Below are positions 49,982 through 57,700 of a DNA stretch of 58,694 nucleotides, piece by piece. The notes under the pieces are model-generated. The model was not told where the DNA came from, did no database searches, and saw nothing but the letters and a program-made list of their open reading frames with translations. The DNA is from a virus (taxonomy: Duplodnaviria; Caudoviricetes), in IMG/VR virus record IMGVR_UViG_3300020463_002739, positions 1 through 58,694 of that record. The stretch is one strand, 5' to 3'. A program made the translations under genes and the position numbers. Numbering within the stretch: the stretch's first letter is position 1; every line of letters begins with the position of its first letter.

Positions 49982-51410
49982 GTTAATTAGAGTTTTTGAT
50001 TGGACAGGGCCACTCGGTCTTATACCAAATGGATTAAATTACAAATATTTAGATTCATATACTAAACACGATTTTACAAATCAACAACCTCTGTTTGATG
50101 ATTTCATAGGTAAATTCGAGCAAGTTGCAGTTTATGATTGTCATCACAATATAGACCCATGTATTTTAGAAGATGTTCATGTTTCAAAATATAATGATAA
50201 TAAATTTTCTATATATCCAATTACTGCATATGGTAGTTTAATGTGTTGTCTTGGGAGAGATTTTGGGTTTCACATGAATAGACCTATTTTTGATTTTATA
50301 TCAGAAAAATCCAAAGAAATAATTAGAAAACAAAAAAACTTATTTATCTTATTAGATTATAGTAGTGAAGGTGATATTAGAGAAGATGTATTTGAGGCTA
50401 TTCATGTTGGATTGGCCGATAATAATCTCCCCGCAAGTAAATTAATATTTACTTGTTCTGCATTAAACACTTTAGATATTTACAAAAGTTGGTTAAGTAA
50501 TAACGAGGTAGAAGAAAAAATTAAAGTTGCAACATATCCATGGGCAGTGATGGCAAAGGCAAAAGAATTAACTGATATTTTAACTCGTAATCAATTTACT
50601 TTTAAAGGTGGTAAATCAACATATGAACAAACTAATAAAATAGATTTCATAAACCCAAGAAAACACAAGTTTTTACTTTTAAATAGAAGGTTAAAACCAC
50701 ATCGAATTATTTTATTATCTCTTTTAGAACATGATGGGTTGTTAAAAGATAATCTTGTATCTTTTGATTTAGATTTGTTATATTGTAAAGAGGCAGGAAT
50801 GGAATTTGAAGCTACATTGATTCACGATAGAACTCATAGAGGTGTACCATACGAACCTAATAGACAAACTATACATAAAATACTAAAAGGTTATAGAAGT
50901 TTAAAGAAAAGAAAAAAACAAATAGTTGATAACGATAATATAGATTCTGTATGGGGGTTTGGTTATGAAAATAAAGAAGATTATCAAAATACTTACTTTA
51001 GTGTTGTTAGTGAAACCTTATTTTATGAAACTGGCACATATTTAAGTGAAAAAATATTTAAACCTATTGCACACTGTCATCCATTTGTATTAATTTCAAG
51101 ACCAAATAGTTTAGAGTATCTGAAAATTATAGGATTCAAAACCTTTGGTGATTTTTGGGATGAAAGTTATGATACCATAGTAGATGATTCTGAAAGAATG
51201 GATAAAATATATAAGTTAGTAAAACAATTAGCAGAAAAATCAGATGAAGAATGGATTGAGTTGTATAAAAAAATAAAACCAATACTAATCTATAACAGAA
51301 ATCATTTACTTAAGTTTCAAAAAGACCATGAACAGATTAGTGAAAAGTGGAGTAATAAATTAAAAAAGTTAGCATATGAATCTATTGAAGAAAATTATTC
51401 ACTTCTTTAA
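49971..51410 (+). CDS. putative GT-B/GT10-like glycosyltransferase (EK..KP family), paralog 3
   Basis: KFLLLNRRLKPHR; YFSVVSETLF....YLSEKIFKPIAHCHPF...GFKTFGDFWDESYD; start moved to MSNKL (track uses 49950). Confidence 0.45.
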   Translation: MSNKLIRVFDWTGPLGLIPNGLNYKYLDSYTKHDFTNQQPLFDDFIGKFEQVAVYDCHHNIDPCILEDVHVSKYNDNKFSIYPITAYGSLMCCLGRDFGFHMNRPIFDFISEKSKEIIRKQKNLFILLDYSSEGDIREDVFEAIHVGLADNNLPASKLIFTCSALNTLDIYKSWLSNNEVEEKIKVATYPWAVMAKAKELTDILTRNQFTFKGGKSTYEQTNKIDFINPRKHKFLLLNRRLKPHRIILLSLLEHDGLLKDNLVSFDLDLLYCKEAGMEFEATLIHDRTHRGVPYEPNRQTIHKILKGYRSLKKRKKQIVDNDNIDSVWGFGYENKEDYQNTYFSVVSETLFYETGTYLSEKIFKPIAHCHPFVLISRPNSLEYLKIIGFKTFGDFWDESYDTIVDDSERMDKIYKLVKQLAEKSDEEWIELYKKIKPILIYNRNHLLKFQKDHEQISEKWSNKLKKLAYESIEENYSLL

Positions 51411-51504
51411 AGAAAGAAGAGAAAAGAAAGAAAAAGAAAAATTATACAGAAAGAAATTGGAAGAGCTCAGAAAGAGAGACCCATTTATCTATAAAAATAA
51501 ATAA
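51376..51504 (+). CDS. small basic protein ending RKRDPFIY (42 aa; not in track)
   Basis: MNLLKKIIHFFKERREKKEKEKLYRKKLEELRKRDPFIYKNK*; fills the gap before 51506. Confidence 0.65.
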   Translation: MNLLKKIIHFFKERREKKEKEKLYRKKLEELRKRDPFIYKNK

Positions 51505-51505
51505 T

Positions 51506-52519
51506 ATGAAAATAGTACACTCTTGGGCAGATGTTAAATCTAATTCCAATACTAAAGAAAATAAGTTTTTCTTAGTAATGACATTGTTAAGTGTTTTATC
51601 AGCAAAGAAAACTTTTGGTAACATTCACCTTGTTACTAATGAACGAGGTAAAAAACTTTTTGAAGAGTTGGAATTTCCATATGATTCAATTACAACTGAA
51701 TTAGAAGGAAAACAATTTCAACATGGTTCGTATGCGATGGGTAAGTTGTATGCGTATGTTGCACAAGATAAACCTTTTCTTCATATAGATAATGATACTT
51801 TCTTATTTGAATCAAGATTAGTAGGTAATTCATATCCAATCACATTTAGTTTTCCAGATATAAACCAACCACTAAATATGAAGGCATGGGAAATGGCAAA
51901 CAAAACTTATTTCGATACTTACACTAAATTAAAACATCTTTTTGATGAAGAGTTTTTTTATAGAACAAGATTTGATGTTGTTCCAAACGCATGTATCTTT
52001 GGAGGACATAATTTAAGATATATAAAGGATACTTACAATCAAATTTTACAAATATATGAAGAAAATGTAGATGAGTTATCTTCTTTAAAATATTCAAGTG
52101 CATTATTAGAGCAAGGATTATTTTTTCCAATGTTATCTTTACTATTCGAAGAAGTTACTGCATCAAAAAGATGGATAAACGATAATTCTTTTATTTGGTC
52201 ACAATCGCAACCACTACAAATTGAATTTGGTGAAGTATTAATACATGGTCAAAAACTTTTACAAATAAATCAAAGAGAAAGAACATTTCCAGGTGGTTCA
52301 AAAACATGCTTCTATGATAATAAATTAAAAATACTCATTGATAACTGGTTCGGTGGATTTTTACATCTTGGAGGATTTAGAGAAGATGTAGTTTTCCAAT
52401 GGATAGTTTTTGAAAAACTAAAAAAGTATTATGATTACAAAAAATGTTACAATAACATATGTAAAAAATATAAAGACCAAGAAAAATGGGAAACAAACAT
52501 ATTTGGGACAATCATTTAA
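51506..52519 (+). CDS. DUF6734-like putative GT-A glycosyltransferase
   Basis: MKIVHSW, LSVLSAKK, L.T...G, LEFPYD, AMGKLYAY..QDKPFLHIDND (DxD), PNACIFGG, EQ. Confidence 0.55.
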   Translation: MKIVHSWADVKSNSNTKENKFFLVMTLLSVLSAKKTFGNIHLVTNERGKKLFEELEFPYDSITTELEGKQFQHGSYAMGKLYAYVAQDKPFLHIDNDTFLFESRLVGNSYPITFSFPDINQPLNMKAWEMANKTYFDTYTKLKHLFDEEFFYRTRFDVVPNACIFGGHNLRYIKDTYNQILQIYEENVDELSSLKYSSALLEQGLFFPMLSLLFEEVTASKRWINDNSFIWSQSQPLQIEFGEVLIHGQKLLQINQRERTFPGGSKTCFYDNKLKILIDNWFGGFLHLGGFREDVVFQWIVFEKLKKYYDYKKCYNNICKKYKDQEKWETNIFGTII

Positions 52520-53826
52520 AAGTAAATCTTCACAACTTTGGATGTAAAAAGATTTTTGTAATCAGTAGAGATGATGCAACGAGGAGAAGAAAAGATTTCG
52601 AATCTGCATGGTCACATTTTGATGGATTTGATTACGAATTTGTAGATGCAGTTAAAACTGAAGATATAAATGTTGACGAGGTAAAGAGCGATAAGTTCTA
52701 TGATGCTGCAGGTTCTTTATCAAAAACAATTTATGCTACATTTTTATCTCATCAAAAAGTTTATAAAAAAATTTGTAAACAACCAGAGTTTCTTCAGAAA
52801 GACCAATCCATTCCCTTTCTTGTCATGGAAGATGATGCAAGACCTACACCTGCACTTATAGATTCTATTTACGATGGTGAATATAAAGAAATTCTAAAAA
52901 GATTAGATAAATATTCTTGGGATGTTGTATTTTGGGGTAGACAACACAAAAAAATAGATACACAAAAAAGAATTGATGATTTAATTGGAAAACCAACTTT
53001 ATTTGTTGGTTGGGGTGCACATGCATATGCACTTCCTTCATATTTTGCATATGAACTAATTCGAAGAGGTACTCCTATAGAAATGGCAGCAGATTGTTTC
53101 ATAGATTATGTACTTCATGAGAAACAAGGTAGATATCTTTCACCTTATTTTTCTTTTGTAAGACAGTTGGTTCATATAAATGGTCTAATAATATTAGAAC
53201 CAGACGATGAAAATTTTGAATACTCTTCAACTACACAAAGAAACTATAAAGTTCTTGGAAAACGAAAGGGTAAGTACGAATGGATTCATGAAGATATACA
53301 AGAATGGGTAGATGGTGTAGAAGATATAGAACTAAATGGTTGGCTAACTAAAAAGATTACTTTGAGTGGTACTAAACAAAAAAAATATTTACTTGACTGG
53401 CAAGAACAATGGAGAAAGGTATCAAAATCTAATCAACCAATTCTTGAGTTCTTAAATACTTTAGATGGGAAAAACAAATCATTATTAGATTTAGGATGTG
53501 GTGAAGGAGTTTTGTCTGAGTTGGCAATAAAAAGAGGATTCAAGGTTACATCAGTTGATAATGGTAATACACCTTATAAAAACAATACAAAATTAGATAC
53601 AAAGGATTTAGAGGGAGAGTGGGATTATATAGTTGCAGCAGGATTTCCACCAAGCCAGATACCTAAAAAAGTAAAATGTAAAAATTTTATTTACACTACT
53701 TCAAGAATTGATTTTCAAAAAATGTATGAGGGTGATTTATATATTTCAAATAAAATTTATGTAAGAACAAATTTAAAACCATTAGAAAATTGGGAAAAAA
53801 TTAATATAAAAGAAAGTTTGTTATGA
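52486..53826 (+). CDS. GT25-family glycosyltransferase fused to C-terminal SAM methyltransferase-like domain
   Basis: IFVIS......RR, FVDAV, FLSH..VY, LVMEDDA, GAHAY, AD (GT25); then KSLLDLGCGEG...GFKVTSVD...WDYIV. Confidence 0.75.
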   Translation: MGNKHIWDNHLKVNLHNFGCKKIFVISRDDATRRRKDFESAWSHFDGFDYEFVDAVKTEDINVDEVKSDKFYDAAGSLSKTIYATFLSHQKVYKKICKQPEFLQKDQSIPFLVMEDDARPTPALIDSIYDGEYKEILKRLDKYSWDVVFWGRQHKKIDTQKRIDDLIGKPTLFVGWGAHAYALPSYFAYELIRRGTPIEMAADCFIDYVLHEKQGRYLSPYFSFVRQLVHINGLIILEPDDENFEYSSTTQRNYKVLGKRKGKYEWIHEDIQEWVDGVEDIELNGWLTKKITLSGTKQKKYLLDWQEQWRKVSKSNQPILEFLNTLDGKNKSLLDLGCGEGVLSELAIKRGFKVTSVDNGNTPYKNNTKLDTKDLEGEWDYIVAAGFPPSQIPKKVKCKNFIYTTSRIDFQKMYEGDLYISNKIYVRTNLKPLENWEKINIKESLL

Positions 53827-54755
53827 GTTATCCAATAAATGGTAAAATGGTCTTTGTTAATTGGACACCACCATATTTCGATAGTAAAAATATGACTGGT
53901 TATAGAAAGTTACAGTTAAATGAAATATATTCTTTAGATTTAGACGAGTACTCTATGGTTGATTATGAATACTATTCACATCAAGTTGCAATAATTAACG
54001 CAAGAAAGTGGTCAACATTCCCAACAAAACTATATACAGATAGAAATGGATTTAATTGGTATAAAAAAAATAATTTGTTAAAACTATTTGATGAAATTGA
54101 TTTCGAAGTTTTAGAAAACTACAAACAGAACTATAGCGTTAATAGTGGTAGATTTTGGGCTAGTGGTAAAGTTTATGCAATCTGTCATGAAGAACCACCT
54201 TTCATTTTTTTAGATAATGATTTTATATTAAACAGTAAACCACCAGAATGGATATTTGAGAAAGATTTAGTTTTTCCACAATGGGAGATACAAAGAGGTG
54301 ATTATTTCGTCACCCCAAAAATGTTAAATGATTATGATTTAGATATTCCTAATTTTTCACAAAATATGATGATGCCAAATACATCATTCTTGTATATCAA
54401 TAACAAAGAACTATTAACAAAGTTAAAAAAACAACATTTAGATATGGTTACTAAAGTTTACAAAAAAGATATACCAGATGTATTCAATGTTTTATCAGAC
54501 CAAGGCTTAATTGGTTATATAAGTAGAGAACTAAATTTAAATGTAGATACACTTGAAGATATGATGTACCTTGCATATCACGAGTTAGATGAAACTGTTG
54601 GTGCAACACCTATGTGGGTTGGTGAATCAACTGATAAAGAAAAACTTGATTATGAACATTTGTGGTTTGGTAAGTATAGATTAAAAGTAGATAAGCAATA
54701 TAAAGAAGAAAGAATAAAAGAGTGGAAAAAGGTAATTTTTAATTCACTAATTTAA
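53823..54755 (+). CDS. second DUF6734-like putative GT-A glycosyltransferase
   Basis: KLYTDRNG, FWASGKVYA..E.PPFIFLDND, PNTSFLY, DQ, Y.HLW..K; similar to the 51506 protein. Confidence 0.55.
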   Translation: MSYPINGKMVFVNWTPPYFDSKNMTGYRKLQLNEIYSLDLDEYSMVDYEYYSHQVAIINARKWSTFPTKLYTDRNGFNWYKKNNLLKLFDEIDFEVLENYKQNYSVNSGRFWASGKVYAICHEEPPFIFLDNDFILNSKPPEWIFEKDLVFPQWEIQRGDYFVTPKMLNDYDLDIPNFSQNMMMPNTSFLYINNKELLTKLKKQHLDMVTKVYKKDIPDVFNVLSDQGLIGYISRELNLNVDTLEDMMYLAYHELDETVGATPMWVGESTDKEKLDYEHLWFGKYRLKVDKQYKEERIKEWKKVIFNSLI

Positions 54756-54761
54756 TATTGC

Positions 54762-54771
54762 ATATTTATAT
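54762..54771 (+). promoter_or_regulatory. candidate late promoter motif ATATTTATAT
   Basis: Exact motif about 21 nt upstream of ATG 54793. Confidence 0.6.
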
Positions 54772-54792
54772 ACTGACAAGGAATATCACAAT

Positions 54793-57700
54793 ATGAACGA
54801 ACTTTCACAATTTTTAGTTGATTCTATTTTATTAGAAGAAAAATCACCTATAAAGAAAACTGTAGTAATTTATGTAGGTAGATTCCAACCTATGCATAAG
54901 GGACATTATGAAACTTATCAACATTTAGTTAAAAAATTTGGTAAGAATAGTGTGTATGTAGGTACTTCTGATAAAGTACAGTTACCAAAATCACCATTTA
55001 ACTTTAAAGAAAAAGTTAAAATTGCAAACTCAATGTTTGGTATTCCTAAAAATAAGATATTCAAAGTAAAAAATCCATACAAACCTGTCGAGATACTTAA
55101 AAAGTTTGATGAAAAAACAACGGCGTTCGTTACTGTTGTTGGTGAGAAAGATAAAAGTAGATTACGCATGGGCCCAGGAAGATATTTCCAACAATATAAA
55201 GGTGAACCAACCGAAGGATATGAAGATAGAGGATATGTTTATGTTTCACCATCACAAGGTGGAGGAATAAGTGGTACAGAAACTCGTAATGGTTTATCAG
55301 TTGGTTCAGATGACCAGAAAAAAGAATTTTTTAAGAAAAGAGCATATGGAAAGTTTAATGCTACTATTTTTAAAATGATTACTGATAAACTAAATGAAGA
55401 TATAGAAATTAAAAAAGAATGGATTTTGGATTCTTTAAATGAAATATCTAAAATTGCTGGAGATGGGTTAGATGTTGATGATGGACCAAATATAGTTTAT
55501 CCTTCAGCACCATTATTTAATAAAATATCTATTGAACGAGCTGCAAAGATTGGGTTTGAGGTAGTTGGTGATATTCTTGGAGGAGAAAAGGCGATTGATA
55601 AAACTGATTATAGAGTTTATGGAGATGGCCCAGTCGGAGCAGTATCGTATTTCCCTGCAGGTATTATCGGTGATATGTCACCAAACAACCAAGTAGATAT
55701 TTACTCAAAAGGTGCATACTCACAATGGTATAAACACGCAACAAGAACCGCATCACTCGTAGGATATGAAGTGATAAGAGGTTTAGGTATAAACCAAGAT
55801 GATGCACAACAATCTGGTGATGATGCTAAAGGTGCAAAGGAATTAGAAAAAGAATTCGAGGCATCTTTACAAGAAAGCATTGTACTACCTGTCAAAGTTG
55901 GTGATACAATTATGACTGGTAGATTTAAGAATAAAAAAACAGTTGTTAAAACTATTGGTAAAGATGAACATGGGATGCCAACTATCAATGGTAGAAAAGT
56001 CGTAACTTTTCGACTGATGAAAGAAGGATTTGTTGTTGAAGTAGCAGGAACAGAGATAGATTGTCCTAAGTGTAACCATTCATGGGAGTTAGAATCGGAT
56101 GATGATGAAAAATACCTTTGTCATAATTGTGGATATGATTCACAAAAACAAGAATACGATTTTGATGCATTCGAAACATGGCAAGAAAAGAATGGAATGT
56201 TGGATGAGAGAAGTAAAGGAAAACTAAGACCAGCAGATTTACTTAGGAGAAAGGCAGCAATGGCTGGTAAACGAGCTGCGATTGCAAGAAGAAGAGCAAG
56301 AACGATGAAAAGAAGAAAACCTCTTGCTAAACTAAAAAAGATTGCATACAAAAAAGCATACCTACAAGTTTATGATGAGTTTATGAAGGAATTATTTCCT
56401 GGCAAGAAAAAATCAGAACTATCTATTCAACAAGCAAAAGTAGTTCACAAAAATGTACTAAGAAAAAAGAAAAGAGTTCTTAAAAGAGCAAAATTCCAAT
56501 TTCTACCTGCACTAAGAGCAAAAGAGGCAGATAAGTTTGATGGTAAAGAGGCAGCAAGAGTACCAAGAAAAAAAGGACAACATAGAGGTTCATCCTCACA
56601 TTCTGATTTATATACAGATGAGAATCCAAAAGGAACAATTAAAGGATTAAAGTTTGCAACAGTAGATGATGCTAAAAAATCTGTAAGTAAAATAAAAGGT
56701 AGTGGTAAAACTCATGCACATAAGATTCAAGCAGCAATTGCTATGGAACAAAGAGCAAGAGTAATGGGTAAAACATCCGCTGCTGCTGTTTATAGAAAGT
56801 TCATCAATCAAATGAAGAAGAAAACCAAGAACGAAATTGATGAAGTAGGGGTAGGAACAGGTCAAAGTGGTATCAGAAAAGGATATCCTGGCAAAGATGA
56901 ACTTGCTGCAAGAATGAAAAAGGTAGCAAAGTATAGAGGATTGACAAATAGTGATAAAAAATATCAATACGATACTATAAAAGAAGTAAATGAATTCTTT
57001 TATATGGATTTTAAAAAGTATGTTTACAAACGAAGAGGAGAAATCAATAGAAAGATAAAAGGATTATCACCTAAAGAAAAGAAAAAATTCTTTGAATTAC
57101 TTTGGAAAAAACAATTTGGAAAAAATAAATCATGGAGTAAAGTAGATGGTAGTGAATTACACCAAATGTTAAAAAAGGATAAATATGTAAAAGAAGGATT
57201 GAAAGAAAAAGGAATCACAGATTTCAAATCACTATTCAAAAAGATGCCTTCTGATTTACAAAAGAGAGTTTACAATCTAAAGAACTTCGGCCAAAGATTA
57301 GATAAACATCCAGAGGGTAATGTTCTTAAACATACTATTATGGTTGTGAATCGTTCAATCAAAGATGATGATATTGATATTGCGATAGCAGCCATGTTTC
57401 ACGATATAGGAAAAGATGAAACTGCTGGTATCCATCCAAAGAAAGGACACATTACACACTTTGGACATGAGAAAGTATCGGCATCTTTAGTAAAAAAGTA
57501 TAAAAAGTTTATAGAATCAGTTGGTGGTAATACTGCAAATGTATTTTACATTGTTAAAAACCATATGAAGTATAAACAACTATCTGATATGAGACCAAAA
57601 AAAGCAGATAAAGTTAAATCATTCAGAGCATTCGATAAATTAGGTAAGTTTTCTAAACACGATAGAGGTGGGTTAGGTGAAGATGTGATAACAGAGGGTG

